Source: an uncultured delta proteobacterium
Lineage (GTDB): Bacteria > Myxococcota > Myxococcia > Myxococcales > Anaeromyxobacteraceae
Direction: 5' to 3'
NCBI GenBank assembly: GCA_963814585.1
Contig: CAWFDF010000014.1
Location: forward strand, 480,001-544,000
Length of the DNA stretch: 64,000 bases
Positions within the stretch are counted from its first letter, which is position 1, and each line of letters begins with the position of its first letter. The notes under the pieces are model-generated. The model had not been told where the DNA came from. It saw only the letters and a program-made list of their open reading frames with translations, and searched no databases. Shown one piece after another: positions 1 to 9,697 of this stretch. The translations under genes were made by a program, and so were the position numbers.

Positions 1-10
1 GTCGCTCATC

Positions 11-958
11 TCATTCTCCCGGGCCGGCCGGAGCCGGGGGCCGCCCCTGCAGCAAGACGCCTGGGTTCTGCTCCAGCTCGCGCGAGACCCGGCCCAGCGA
101 CGCGGTCAGCGTCCGGAGCTCCCCGACCAGGCGCCCGATCTCCGGCATCGCCTGGCCCTCGAGCTGCCTGACCGCGGCGTCGGTCCCGGCCGCCGCGTCC
201 CGGACGCCGTCGATGGCGGTCCGCGCCGATTGCCCCGCCAGCGCCATCGCATCGGCCATCCGCTCCACCGCGACGGCGGCGCGCTCGACGCGCTCGACGA
301 GTCGGGGAAGGTCGGCGCTGGCCTGCGCGCCGCTCCTCGACATCACCGCGGTCCCGGCCAGCACCGCCTCGATGTCGGCCGAGTGCCGGGCGAAGGCCTG
401 CGTCACCTGGCGCAGGTCGGCGACCGAGGCCCGGAGGGTGACGCGGGTGTCCTTGTCCAGCAGGTCGTTGATTCGACGGGTGGTCTCGTCGAGGTTTCCC
501 AGCAGGGTGGTCCCGGCGGTGTCGAGGCGTCGCATCAGCGACGGCCCGGTGCGGATGACCGGGGCGCCATCGCCCGGCGCCTCCTGGAGCGTCGGGGATC
601 CGCGGGTGCCGCCGGACAGCTCGATGTAGGCGATCCCGGTCAGCCCCTGCACCCCCAGGATGGCGACGGTGTCCTCCTTCACCGGGGTCCCCTTCTCCAC
701 CTCCAGGACCAGCCGCACGCGCTCCGGGTTGCCCGGATCGAGCGAGATCTCCCGCACCGAGCCGACCGCGACGCCGCGGCTCTTCACCGGCGCGTGGGGG
801 TTGAGGCCGGACACCGACTCGGTGAAGTAGGCCAGGTACGTCCCGTACTCCTTCTGGGAGAGCCGGCCCGAGCCGAGCCAGAGCACCGCGGCGATGCCCG
901 CCGCGCCCAGCACCAGGACGAACGCGCCCACCACCGCCTGGTTCACCCTCGATTCCAT
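11..958 (-). CDS. mlaD: MlaD/MCE family substrate-binding protein
   Basis: N-terminal TM (VVGAFVLVLG), MCE motif ESVSGL..APVK.RGV.VGSV, QGLTGIAYIEL, helical tail ending P..LLQG. Confidence 0.9.
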   Translation of the reverse strand: MESRVNQAVVGAFVLVLGAAGIAAVLWLGSGRLSQKEYGTYLAYFTESVSGLNPHAPVKSRGVAVGSVREISLDPGNPERVRLVLEVEKGTPVKEDTVAILGVQGLTGIAYIELSGGTRGSPTLQEAPGDGAPVIRTGPSLMRRLDTAGTTLLGNLDETTRRINDLLDKDTRVTLRASVADLRQVTQAFARHSADIEAVLAGTAVMSRSGAQASADLPRLVERVERAAVAVERMADAMALAGQSARTAIDGVRDAAAGTDAAVRQLEGQAMPEIGRLVGELRTLTASLGRVSRELEQNPGVLLQGRPPAPAGPGE

Positions 959-1734
959 GACTGCTCCCTGGCCCGGCGTCCTCGCGGGCCGACGAAGTAC
1001 TCGCGCAGCACGGGGTGCTCGGTCCCCGAGAGCTCCTCCATGGTGCCCACGCCGACCACGCGCCCCTCCGCCATGAACGCCACCCGGTCGGCGACCCGCC
1101 AGAGCAGGTCGAGGTCGTGGGTGACGATCACGATGGTGGGCCCGAGCAGCGCCTTCAGGTGGCGCACCAGGTCGTCGAAGCCGGCGGCGCTGAGGGGGTC
1201 GAGGCCGGCCGTGGGCTCGTCGAGGAAGAGGAGCTCCGGGTCGAGGGCGATGGCCCGCGCCAGCGCGGCGCGCTTCCGCATGCCGCCGGAGAGCTGGGAC
1301 GGATGGAGGGCGCCGGCCTCGGGCGGGAGCCCGGCCAGGGCGATCTTGAGCGCGGCCAGCTGCTCCACCAGCGACCCGCTGAGGCCGGTCTGCTCGCGGA
1401 GGGGGAGGCCGACGTTCTCGGCCACCGTGAGCGCCCCGAAGAGCGCACCGCGCTCGAACATCACGCCACAGCGGCGGCGCAGGGCGAGCGCCGCCTCCTC
1501 GGCGAGGCCGACCACCTCCTGGCCCAGCAGCCGGATGGAGCCGGCGTCGGGCCGGAGCAGGAGGATGATCTCCCGGAGCAGGGTGGACTTGCCGCAGCCG
1601 CTGGCGCCGGCCAGGGCGAAGATCTCCCCGCGCCGCACCTCCAGGTCGACGCCCTGGTGGACCACGGTGCGCCCGAAGCGCGTGTGCAGGCCCTTGACCT
1701 CGAGGACCGGCTCCGCGGGGCGAGCGTCGGCCAT
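943..1734 (-). CDS. mlaF: MlaF-type ABC transporter ATP-binding protein
   Basis: C-terminal part of ORF 943..3615 from MADARP; Walker A GASGCGKS, LSGGMRKR, LLFLDEPTAGLDP. Confidence 0.9.
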   Translation of the reverse strand: MADARPAEPVLEVKGLHTRFGRTVVHQGVDLEVRRGEIFALAGASGCGKSTLLREIILLLRPDAGSIRLLGQEVVGLAEEAALALRRRCGVMFERGALFGALTVAENVGLPLREQTGLSGSLVEQLAALKIALAGLPPEAGALHPSQLSGGMRKRAALARAIALDPELLFLDEPTAGLDPLSAAGFDDLVRHLKALLGPTIVIVTHDLDLLWRVADRVAFMAEGRVVGVGTMEELSGTEHPVLREYFVGPRGRRAREQSWNRG

Positions 1735-1736
1735 GG

Positions 1737-2873
1737 TCAGATCCCCAGCCAGCTGAAGATCACCGAGAACAGCGCGTCCACGACGATGATCGCGAAGATC
1801 GACTGGACCACGCTCACCGTGGTGCGCCGGCCCACGCTCTCGGCGTCGCCGCTGGCCTGGAACCCCTGGTGGCACCCGACCAGCGCGATGACGGACGCGA
1901 ACACCGGCGCCTTGCCGATCCCGACCAGGTAGTCCTTGACGCTGACCGCCTGGGAGAAGCGGTCGAGGAAGTCCTCGAAGCTCACCCCGAGCTCGACGCG
2001 GCCCATGAGCATGCCGCCCGCGACCCCGAGGGCGTCGGCGAAGACGGTGAGGAGGGGGAGCGCGATGGAGAGCGCCAGGATCTTGGGCAGGACCAGGAGC
2101 TCGAGGGGCGCGATCCCGACCGTGCGCAGCGCGTCGATCTCCTCGGTCACCTTCATGGTGCCGATCTCCGCGGCCCAGGCGGAGCCCGAGCGGCCGGCCA
2201 CGACGATGGCGGTGAGCAGGGGGCCGAGCTCCCTGAGCATGGCCAGGCCGACCAGGTCGGCGACGAAGATGTTGGCGCCGTAGCGCGCCAGCTGGGCGGC
2301 TCCCTGGTAGGCGATGACCAGGCCCATGAGGCTGGCGAGCAGGCCCACGATGGGCAGGGCGTCGAACCCTGCCGCCTGGATGGCCTGGAGCACGGCTCGC
2401 CAGCGGATGCGGGATGGCCGGAGCAGCGCGCGGAAGGCCGCCATGGCGCTCTCGCCCAGGAAGGCGAGCATCGCCAGCGCCTGGTCGAGCCAGGCCAGCG
2501 CCCATCGACCCACCCCCTGCCGCAGGCCGGGCCGGCCGGCGGGCGCCGGGGACGGGGAGGCGTGGGCGCGGATCAGCTCGAGCAGCGCCTGGTGCTCCCC
2601 GCGGAGGCGCAGCGCCACCCGTCGGCCCCTCCGCTCGAGCGCCTCGGCGGTGGCGCGCAGCAGCCAGATCCCGGCGGTGTCCATGGCCTCCACCGCGGAG
2701 CAGTCCACCACCACCTCGTCCCCGGCCGGCCAGGCCAGGCCCCGGAGCCTCTGCTCGACGCGGTCGATCTGGTCCACCGTCCAGCGCCCGGAGCAGCGCA
2801 CCACGCCGCCCAGGATCTCGAGCCCGGCGCCCGAGCCGGACGAGACGGCCCTCGATCGACCCCCCGCAGCCAT
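1737..2873 (-). CDS. mlaE: MlaE-type ABC permease with N-terminal STAS domain
   Basis: STAS-like VDCSAVEAMDTAG; RELGPLLTAIVVAGRSGSA..AEIGTMK..EEIDAL. Confidence 0.9.
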   Translation of the reverse strand: MAAGGRSRAVSSGSGAGLEILGGVVRCSGRWTVDQIDRVEQRLRGLAWPAGDEVVVDCSAVEAMDTAGIWLLRATAEALERRGRRVALRLRGEHQALLELIRAHASPSPAPAGRPGLRQGVGRWALAWLDQALAMLAFLGESAMAAFRALLRPSRIRWRAVLQAIQAAGFDALPIVGLLASLMGLVIAYQGAAQLARYGANIFVADLVGLAMLRELGPLLTAIVVAGRSGSAWAAEIGTMKVTEEIDALRTVGIAPLELLVLPKILALSIALPLLTVFADALGVAGGMLMGRVELGVSFEDFLDRFSQAVSVKDYLVGIGKAPVFASVIALVGCHQGFQASGDAESVGRRTTVSVVQSIFAIIVVDALFSVIFSWLGI

Positions 2874-3052
2874 TCTTCAGCCTCCCGCCCGGGAGGGACG
2901 ACGGTGCGGCCCCCTCCCCCCAACGCGCTCCCGCTCGATAGTACCGATGCGGGAGGGCCGGGAATGGTCGTTGCGGCGCCATGCCGCAGGAGCCACTCGA
3001 GGCGCTCAGGCCTCGAGCCGGCGTGCCGTGGGGGGAGCGGGGACGCCCACGC

Positions 3053-3937
3053 TCACACCAGCCCCTCCCAGCCCTGGTCGCCGGCCCGGAAGGCCGCGCG
3101 CACGGCCTCGATCGCCTCCGGCGGCAGCGGGCCGCGCGCCGCCAGCTCCACGCCGCGGCGCAGGTGCTCGAGCCGGGTGGTGCCGACGATGCAGCAGGAG
3201 ACCCCCGGGGCGTGGGCCGCGAAGCGGAGGGCCAGCTCGTCCTGGTCGAGGCCGGCCAGCTCCAGCCGCATGGCCCGCCAGCGTTCCCAGTAGGTGGCGA
3301 CGTCCTCGCGCTCCGGCCGCCCGGCGTGGCGCCAGGGGGCGTTGGCGAGCGGGCGCTTGGCGATGACCGCGTGGCCGCGCGCCGCCGCCACCGGCACCAC
3401 CGTGTCGAGGCCGCGCTGGTCGCACAGGTTGACCGAGCACTCGATGGCGCCGAAGCGGCCGGACTCGAGCGCGTTCGCCAGCGCGATCCCCTCGCCGGAG
3501 TAGCCGGCCACGCGGAGCTTGCCGGCCCGGCGCGCCTCCTCCAGCGCGCCCAGGATCCCCTCGTCGCGGAGCGGACCGGGGGCGCAGGAATGCAGCAGGA
3601 CGACGTCGATGACATCGGTGCGCAGCGTGGCCAGCGCCTCGTCGATGCCGCGGCGGACGCAGCCGGCCGTCCAGTCGGCCTCGCCGGCCACGCCGTAGCC
3701 CACCTTGGTGGCGAGGACGAACTCGCCGCGGCGGTGGGCCAGGTGGCGGCCGATCCGCGCCTCGGAGAGGCCGTAGGATCGGGCGGTGTCGATGAAGGTC
3801 ACGCCCAGGTCGAGCGCCGAGTTGAGGAGCCGACCCACCTCGGCGTCGTCGAGCCGCCCGTCGCCCAGCTCGCCGGCGCCGAGGCCGAGCGGCGGGACCA
3901 GCAGGCCGGTGGCACCGAGGGGGTGTCGGGCGTCCAC
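3053..3937 (-). CDS. Aldo/keto reductase
   Basis: LG.TGL.V..LGLG, FIDTARSYGLSE, ATKVG, LRTDVIDVVLLH; start approximate (GTG). Confidence 0.85.
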   Translation of the reverse strand: MDARHPLGATGLLVPPLGLGAGELGDGRLDDAEVGRLLNSALDLGVTFIDTARSYGLSEARIGRHLAHRRGEFVLATKVGYGVAGEADWTAGCVRRGIDEALATLRTDVIDVVLLHSCAPGPLRDEGILGALEEARRAGKLRVAGYSGEGIALANALESGRFGAIECSVNLCDQRGLDTVVPVAAARGHAVIAKRPLANAPWRHAGRPEREDVATYWERWRAMRLELAGLDQDELALRFAAHAPGVSCCIVGTTRLEHLRRGVELAARGPLPPEAIEAVRAAFRAGDQGWEGLV

Positions 3938-3966
3938 GTGACCCTCGGCGGCGCCCGGAGGCCGGG

Positions 3967-4359
3967 CTACCCCTCGCGGTAGGTGGCCAGCGAGCCCTCG
4001 TTCTCCCAGACGTCGACGCGCGCCACGGTGACCCGCCCGGCCTCGCTGGCCGCCAGCCGCGCCGTCATCTCGTCGTGGAAGTGCTTCGCGATCAGCTCGG
4101 CGGTGGTGTTGAGGACGTCGAACGGCGGGATCTCGTTGACGTTCTGGTGGTCGAAGCGGGCGCCGATCTCGGCCACCAGCCGCTGCAGGTCGGCGAAGTC
4201 GATGACCATGCCGATCTTGTTCAACGTCGCGGCCCGGACGAAGACGCGGATCCGCCAGTTGTGGCCGTGCAGCCGCTCGCACTTCCCGCCGTGGAGGCGG
4301 ATCTGGTGCGCCGCGGAGAAGAGGTAGTCCTTGGAGATCTCGAACACCGGTGAGCCCAT
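3967..4359 (-). CDS. queD: 6-carboxy-5,6,7,8-tetrahydropterin synthase (QueD)
   Basis: FSAAH, GKCERLHGHNW, GMVIDF, FDH, TTAE, VWE motifs. Confidence 0.9.
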   Translation of the reverse strand: MGSPVFEISKDYLFSAAHQIRLHGGKCERLHGHNWRIRVFVRAATLNKIGMVIDFADLQRLVAEIGARFDHQNVNEIPPFDVLNTTAELIAKHFHDEMTARLAASEAGRVTVARVDVWENEGSLATYREG

Positions 4360-4470
4360 GGCGCCGGGCCATATAGCAGAACCGCCGCCGCTGCGCACCC
4401 CGGCGTGACCCTGGCCTGCGAGGGCAGCCAGCCGGCGCCGCCGCAGGGCCTGGCCGGTGCGGTCGGACCC

Positions 4471-5160
4471 TCAGTCGCGCTTCAGCAGCCGGTGGCGGAC
4501 CAGCAGCCGCTTCCCGGCCAGCACCACGTCGCCCCGCCGGGCCAGCTCGGAGAGGGCCCGAGAGACCGTCTCCCGGCTGGTCCCGATGGTGGCGGCGATC
4601 TCCGACTGGGAGGGGCGCTGCCGCAGCACCCGCCCCTCGGCCACCGGCTCTCCCTCGGCCAGGGCCAGGTCGCGCAGTCGCGCCGCCAGCCGCCCCAGCA
4701 CGTCGAGCAGGGCCAGGTCCCCGATGACGGCGTCGGCGCGGCGCAGCCGGCGGGAGAGCTCGGTCATCACCTGGACCGCGACCGCGGGGTGGCGCGCCAG
4801 GTGGGTCTGGAAGTCGGCGCGGGAGAGCAGCACCAGGTCCGAGGGCTCCATGGCGGTGACCGTGGCCGACCGGGGCTCGTCGTCGAGCAGGCTCATCTCG
4901 CCGAAGAAGTCGCCCGGCTCCTTGAAGATGGAGAGGATCACCTCGCGCCCCGACTGGCCGTACAGCACCACCTTCACCTTGCCTCGGGCCAGGACGTAGA
5001 GGGCGTCACCCCGCTCCGCCTCCGAGACGATCACCTCGCCCTCGGCGTAGCGGCGGCGCTTCACCAGCCGCTCCAGCCCGGCCGTGGCCGCCTGGTCGAG
5101 CCCGGCGAAGATGGAGACCGAGCCGAGCAGCCCGGGCGGCGCGCCTCTGGTGTCGGCCAT
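4471..5160 (-). CDS. Crp/Fnr family transcriptional regulator
   Basis: cNMP domain FFGEMSLLDDEPRSA; HTH SQSEIAATIGTSRETVSR. Confidence 0.9.
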   Translation of the reverse strand: MADTRGAPPGLLGSVSIFAGLDQAATAGLERLVKRRRYAEGEVIVSEAERGDALYVLARGKVKVVLYGQSGREVILSIFKEPGDFFGEMSLLDDEPRSATVTAMEPSDLVLLSRADFQTHLARHPAVAVQVMTELSRRLRRADAVIGDLALLDVLGRLAARLRDLALAEGEPVAEGRVLRQRPSQSEIAATIGTSRETVSRALSELARRGDVVLAGKRLLVRHRLLKRD

Positions 5161-5192
5161 GCCTTCGAAGGTAGGAGGGGCGGCTCGATCGG

Positions 5193-5822
5193 TCAAGGCG
5201 CGGCGGCGGACGCGGCGGCGAGGAGGGCACGGACGACCGCGGCCGGATCGGACCCGGTGAGCCAGGCGCGGAGGACCGCCACCGCGGCGGCGCCGGCCTC
5301 GATGGCCTGCCTCGCCAGGGCCGGCTCGACGCCGCCGAGCGCCACCAGCGGGAGCCCCAGCCGGCTGGCCTGGCGCAGCCGGTCCAGCCCGACCGGCGCG
5401 CCATGGCTGGCCTTGGAGGGCGTCGCCCAGACCGGGCCGAAGGTGGCGTAGTCGGCGCCGCCCTCCCTGGCGCGCTCCACCTCGGCCACCGAGTGGCAGG
5501 AGACGCCGATGCGCGCCGCCGGGCCCAGCAGGCGCCGCGCCGCGGCCGGGCCCACCGCGGTCACCGGCAGGTGGACGCCATCGGCGCCGCAGGCCAGCGC
5601 CACGTCGACCCGCTCGTTGACGAGCAGGAGCTGCCCGCGCGCGTGGCAGAGCTCGACCAGCTCCCGCCCGAGCGCGAGCAGGGCCGCGCCGGAGAGGGCC
5701 TTCTCTCGCAGGTGGACCGCCACCCGACCCGCCTCCAGGCCGCCCAGCACCTCGAGGAGGTGCGCGCGCAGGTCCGGCACCAGCGTGCCGTCCGTGATCA
5801 GGTGGACAACCGGGAGCCCCAT
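5193..5822 (-). CDS. thiE: Thiamine-phosphate synthase (ThiE/TenI family)
   Basis: HLITD, VHLREK, GADGVHL, GVSCHS, FGPVWATPSK, ALGG. Confidence 0.8.
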   Translation of the reverse strand: MGLPVVHLITDGTLVPDLRAHLLEVLGGLEAGRVAVHLREKALSGAALLALGRELVELCHARGQLLLVNERVDVALACGADGVHLPVTAVGPAAARRLLGPAARIGVSCHSVAEVERAREGGADYATFGPVWATPSKASHGAPVGLDRLRQASRLGLPLVALGGVEPALARQAIEAGAAAVAVLRAWLTGSDPAAVVRALLAAASAAAP

Positions 5823-5858
5823 GGATAACGTCCGGCATCTTCGCGTCAGGAGGGGGAC

Positions 5859-6665
5859 GTGTCGAGCCCGCTGGCCAGCTTCGTGGAGTTCCTGGAGGCG
5901 CAGCGGCGGCTCCACGGGCCACGATTCCCCGAGGTGCGAGCCGAGAAGGTGCTCACCTTCATGGCCACCAGCAGCCTGGCCGGCACCCACCCCGCCGTCT
6001 CGCTCCACCGCGTCCTCGGGGTGGACGGCACCCCGGACCCGGGCGGCCTGACGGTGCGGCTGCGAGGCCGGCTCCCGCGCGGCCCCAGGCCGGGCGAGTG
6101 CCTCTCCGTCCACCTCACCCGGCTGGAGCAGTACCGCGGGTTCCAGGTGAAGACGCGGCCGCTGCCTCCCCGAGGCGCCGAGGCCGAGCTCCTCACCGAG
6201 GACGGGGATCTCCTCACCGTGAACGGCCACCGCACCTACACCGTCCACCACAGCCCGTACACGCTCCGCTTCTTCGAGGAGATCCCGCTCTCGGAGGTGC
6301 AGGAGGTCGCCACCGGCCTCCCCTTCGCGCTGGTGGCGGTCGCCGAGACCGCCAACCTCTCTCCCCGCTTCGTCTTCCACCACGAGGTGAGCGACGGACG
6401 CGTGGTGCTCTTCCACGGCGACGGGCTGGCGCTCAAGACGGCCATGAACCTGCGGACCAACCCCCAGGAGACCCGCGTGGTGCTCGACCTCGATCGTCCC
6501 GGCGGCTGGCAGCTGCGCGGCACCGTCGAGCCGGTGGCGGCGAAGGCGCACCCGCTGGCCTGGGAGAAGGTCCAGGCCGGATTCCACGGCGGTGGGTGGG
6601 GGCAGCCGTCGAAGGTCTACCGCTTCGTGGCCGACGCGCTGGAGCCGCTGGCGTTCGCGGGCTGA
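5859..6665 (+). CDS. Pyridoxamine 5'-phosphate oxidase-like (split-barrel) protein
   Basis: C-terminal NLSPRF...KTAMNLRTNP...GWQLRG resembles PNPOx FMN-binding family; SD AGGAGG upstream of GTG. Confidence 0.6.
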   Translation: MSSPLASFVEFLEAQRRLHGPRFPEVRAEKVLTFMATSSLAGTHPAVSLHRVLGVDGTPDPGGLTVRLRGRLPRGPRPGECLSVHLTRLEQYRGFQVKTRPLPPRGAEAELLTEDGDLLTVNGHRTYTVHHSPYTLRFFEEIPLSEVQEVATGLPFALVAVAETANLSPRFVFHHEVSDGRVVLFHGDGLALKTAMNLRTNPQETRVVLDLDRPGGWQLRGTVEPVAAKAHPLAWEKVQAGFHGGGWGQPSKVYRFVADALEPLAFAG

Positions 6666-6666
6666 C

Positions 6667-6697
6667 CCGGCACGGCGCGGCGGGATCCCCGTGCCGG
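6667..6697. terminator. GC hairpin between convergent genes (possible terminator or 3' stabiliser)
   Basis: CCGGCACGG-N13-CCGTGCCGG; no U-tract. Confidence 0.35.
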
Positions 6698-6716
6698 ACC
6701 CCGTGGGCGGGGCGAC

Positions 6717-7490
6717 TCAGCTCCCGATCAGCCCGCCCAGCGGCGACGAGGCGGCCGCGTGCAGCTTCATGGGGATGCGGCCGGCCAGGTAGGCCTGGCG
6801 CCCCGCCCTGACCGCGTCGCGCATGGCGGCGGCCATCATCACCGGGTCGCGCGCGCCGGCGATGGCGGTGTTCATGAGCACGGCCACCGCGCCCAGCTCG
6901 AGGGCGATGGCGGCGTCGCTGGCGGTGCCCACGCCGGCGTCGACCAGCACCGGCACCGTGGCGCCCTCCATGATGATGCGCAGGTTGTACGGGTTGCGGA
7001 TGCCGAGGCCGGAGCCGATGGGGGCGCCGAGCGGCATGATGGCGGCGCAGCCGGCGTCCTCCAGCCGCCTGGCCGTGACCGGGTCGTCGTTGGTGTAGGG
7101 CAGGACGGTGAAGCCCTCCTTGACCAGGACCCGGGCCGCCTCCACCAGCCCGACCACGTCGGGGAAGAGGGTGCGCGGATCTCCGATGACCTCGAGCTTC
7201 ACCAGGTCGCCCATCCCCAGCTCGCGCCCCAGCCGCGCCGTCCGGACGGCCTCGTCGGCGGTGAAGCAGGCGGCGGTGTTGGGGAGCAGCGTCATGTGCT
7301 TCGGGATCGACTCCAGCAGCGAGGCCTCCCCCTTGGCCGAGAGGTCGAGGCGGCGCACCGCCACCGTGACCACCTCGGCGCCGGAGGCCAGGTGGGCCTG
7401 CTGCATGGTGCGGAAGTCGGGGAACTTGCCGGTGCCCACCAGCAGGCGGCTGGTGAAGGTGTGCTTCCCGATCGACCAGGGGTCGCCCAT
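6717..7490 (-). CDS. thiG: Thiazole synthase
   Basis: [46 protein letters not shown]. Confidence 0.97.
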   Translation of the reverse strand: MGDPWSIGKHTFTSRLLVGTGKFPDFRTMQQAHLASGAEVVTVAVRRLDLSAKGEASLLESIPKHMTLLPNTAACFTADEAVRTARLGRELGMGDLVKLEVIGDPRTLFPDVVGLVEAARVLVKEGFTVLPYTNDDPVTARRLEDAGCAAIMPLGAPIGSGLGIRNPYNLRIIMEGATVPVLVDAGVGTASDAAIALELGAVAVLMNTAIAGARDPVMMAAAMRDAVRAGRQAYLAGRIPMKLHAAASSPLGGLIGS

Positions 7491-7492
7491 GG

Positions 7493-7699
7493 CTACCCTC
7501 CTCCCACGAAGGCCACGATCTCGATCGAGTCGCCCGAGGAGAGCCGGTGCGTCGCGTACCGGTCCTTGGTCACCACCGACTCGTTCACCTCGACCGCCAC
7601 CCTCGTCGTCTTGACCCCGAGGTGGGCCAGCAACGTCTCCACCGTCAACCCATCGGGCAGCTCGCGCACCTCGCCGTTCAACCGGGCCTGGATCGCCAT
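7493..7699 (-). CDS. thiS: Sulfur carrier protein ThiS
   Basis: 68 aa, LNGE, VAVEVN, C-terminal [10 protein letters not shown]; adjacent to thiG. Confidence 0.95.
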   Translation of the reverse strand: MAIQARLNGEVRELPDGLTVETLLAHLGVKTTRVAVEVNESVVTKDRYATHRLSSGDSIEIVAFVGGG

Positions 7700-7789
7700 G
7701 AGGGCGGGATTCTCTCCTCGCCCGGCCGGCCGCGTCAAACGGCGGGGCGCCGGGCTGCGGGGGGCCGCCGCCCCGGCTATGCTGCGGCC

Positions 7790-8053
7790 ATGGACCTGCC
7801 CGGCCGCTTCCAGTACCCGGTCGAGTACCCGGTCAAGATCTTCGGGCTGGCCGCCGACGACTTCGCCGAGCACGCTCGCCGGCTGGTGGAGCGGGTGGTG
7901 GGCTCGGCGCCGCCCGGGAAGGTCACGGTGCGGGCCAGCTCGGCCGGCACCTACCACGCGGTCACCGTGGTGGTCGTGCTCACCAGCGAGCCACAGCGGC
8001 TGGCGCTCTACGACGCCCTGCGCGGCGACCCGCGCGTGGTCCACGCGCTGTAG
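7790..8053 (+). CDS. DUF493/YbeD family protein
   Basis: [13 protein letters not shown]...[11 protein letters not shown]...[11 protein letters not shown]. Confidence 0.85.
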   Translation: MDLPGRFQYPVEYPVKIFGLAADDFAEHARRLVERVVGSAPPGKVTVRASSAGTYHAVTVVVVLTSEPQRLALYDALRGDPRVVHAL

Positions 8054-8069
8054 CGGGCGAGGAGCCACC

Positions 8070-9053
8070 CTGGAGCCCACCCTGACCATCGGCCCGCTCG
8101 GCATCGGCGGGGTCATCGATCGGGCCGTGGCCGTCGCGCGCCTCCACTTCAGGCCGCTCTTCGTCGCCATGCTGGTGCTGCAGGCCCCCGCGCTGGCGCT
8201 GGCGCGCCTGGCCTCGGCGGAGGTCCCCTCGCTGCTGCTGGCCGCGACCGACCCCCGCCTGGCCGCGGCGCGGGCCCCGGCCGCCCTGGCGGCGGCCGCC
8301 GGCCTGCTGGTGGCGCTGTTCCTGCTCCAGGGCCTGGCGCTGACCGTCACCGCGGTGATCCTGTCACCGGCGCTGGGCGGCTCGACGGTCGGCGAGGCCG
8401 CCGCGCCGGAGGCGGCCTGGGCGCGCCGGCTGCTGGACGCCGCGGGCACCGGGCTCGTCCAGCAGGTCCTGCTGGTGCTGGCCGCCGGGGTCGGCCTGGT
8501 GCCGGGCCTGCTGCTGCTCCTCACCGCACGCTCCCCGACCACGACGCTCGCCGGCGCCGTCGGCGCGGCCGTGGGGGGGCTGGTCCTCTTCCTGATCGCG
8601 CTGCTCCGGACCATCCTGGCGCCGGTCGTGGTGGGGGTGGAGCGGCTCGGGCCCTGGGACGCCCTGCGCCGCTCGGCCCGGCTGATGGCGCCGCGCGCCG
8701 GCCAGCCGGCCCTGGAGCGGCCGGGCGTGCGGGCCTCGCTGCTCCTCCTCACCACCTTCGCCCTGGTGCTGGCGGTGAACGGCCTGGCCGGCATGCCACG
8801 GGCGGTGGCCGGCGGCCTGGCCGGCGGTGGGCCGCTGCCCTTCCTGCCCGGCGCCCTGCCCCTGCCCGTCGAGCTGGGGCTCTCGCTCTTCGAGCTGGCC
8901 GCCAGCGCGGCCCTCCAGCCCTTCTCGCTGGCGGTCACCGTCGTCTTCTACTTCGAGCGGCGGGCCCGCACCGAGGGGCTCGACCTGGCGGCCTGGGCGA
9001 CGGGCCTGGAAGCGCTCCCGCTCCCGGCGACGCGCGGGGAGGCGGTGCGGTGA
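8070..9053 (+). CDS. Multi-pass membrane protein of the MoxR/DUF58 cluster
   Basis: PLGIGGVIDRA N-terminal motif, several TM segments, ERLGPWDALRRS, YFERRARTEGLDL; putative CTG start after GAGGAG. Confidence 0.7.
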   Translation: MEPTLTIGPLGIGGVIDRAVAVARLHFRPLFVAMLVLQAPALALARLASAEVPSLLLAATDPRLAAARAPAALAAAAGLLVALFLLQGLALTVTAVILSPALGGSTVGEAAAPEAAWARRLLDAAGTGLVQQVLLVLAAGVGLVPGLLLLLTARSPTTTLAGAVGAAVGGLVLFLIALLRTILAPVVVGVERLGPWDALRRSARLMAPRAGQPALERPGVRASLLLLTTFALVLAVNGLAGMPRAVAGGLAGGGPLPFLPGALPLPVELGLSLFELAASAALQPFSLAVTVVFYFERRARTEGLDLAAWATGLEALPLPATRGEAVR

Positions 9054-9697
9054 GCGCCCCGGGACTGGTGGCCCCAGGGCTGGTTGCCAGCCCGGCCGAT
9101 CGCCAGGCCCTGGCCGCCGTGCTGTCCGACCCCGAGTTCCAGGCCCAGCGCTGGCGTGGCGAGGCCCTGCGGCGCTGGCTGGCCGGCTGGTGGGAGCGGC
9201 TGACCGAGTTCCTCGGCACCGCCGAGGCGGAGCGGTGGGCCGGCCTGGGCCGGGCCGTCTTCTTCGCCGCCGCGGCCGTGGCGCTGCTGCTGCTCTGGCG
9301 CGCGGCCCGCAAGCGCCGGGCCACCACCGCCAGGGTGACGCGGCGCGAGGGGCCGGGGGCGCGGCCGGAGGGCAGGAAGGTCGCGGTGGCCGACGCCGAG
9401 CGCGCCCTGGCCGCCGGCGACGCGCCCGAGGCGGTGCGCCTCGCCTTCCTGGCAGCCATCGGCGCGATCCAGCGGCGGCTCCGGACCGCCATGGCCGAGG
9501 TGCTGACCGGCAGCGAGCTGGCCGGGCGCGTGCCGGACGAGGGATTCGGCCGCCTGGCCCGCCTCCACGAGCGGACCGTCTTCGGCTGCCGCCCCGTGAC
9601 CCTCGAGGAGGCCTCGGCGGCGCTGGCGGTGGCGGCCCGGCTGGCATCGGGATCCCGGGACGACCCCGGCCCGCCCCGGGGCGAGGCGTCGCCGTGA
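9050..9697 (+). CDS. DUF4129 domain membrane protein
   Basis: LAAVLSDPEF, one TM, AGDAPEAVRLAF, LTGSEL, HERTVFG. Confidence 0.7.
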   Translation: MSAPGLVAPGLVASPADRQALAAVLSDPEFQAQRWRGEALRRWLAGWWERLTEFLGTAEAERWAGLGRAVFFAAAAVALLLLWRAARKRRATTARVTRREGPGARPEGRKVAVADAERALAAGDAPEAVRLAFLAAIGAIQRRLRTAMAEVLTGSELAGRVPDEGFGRLARLHERTVFGCRPVTLEEASAALAVAARLASGSRDDPGPPRGEASP

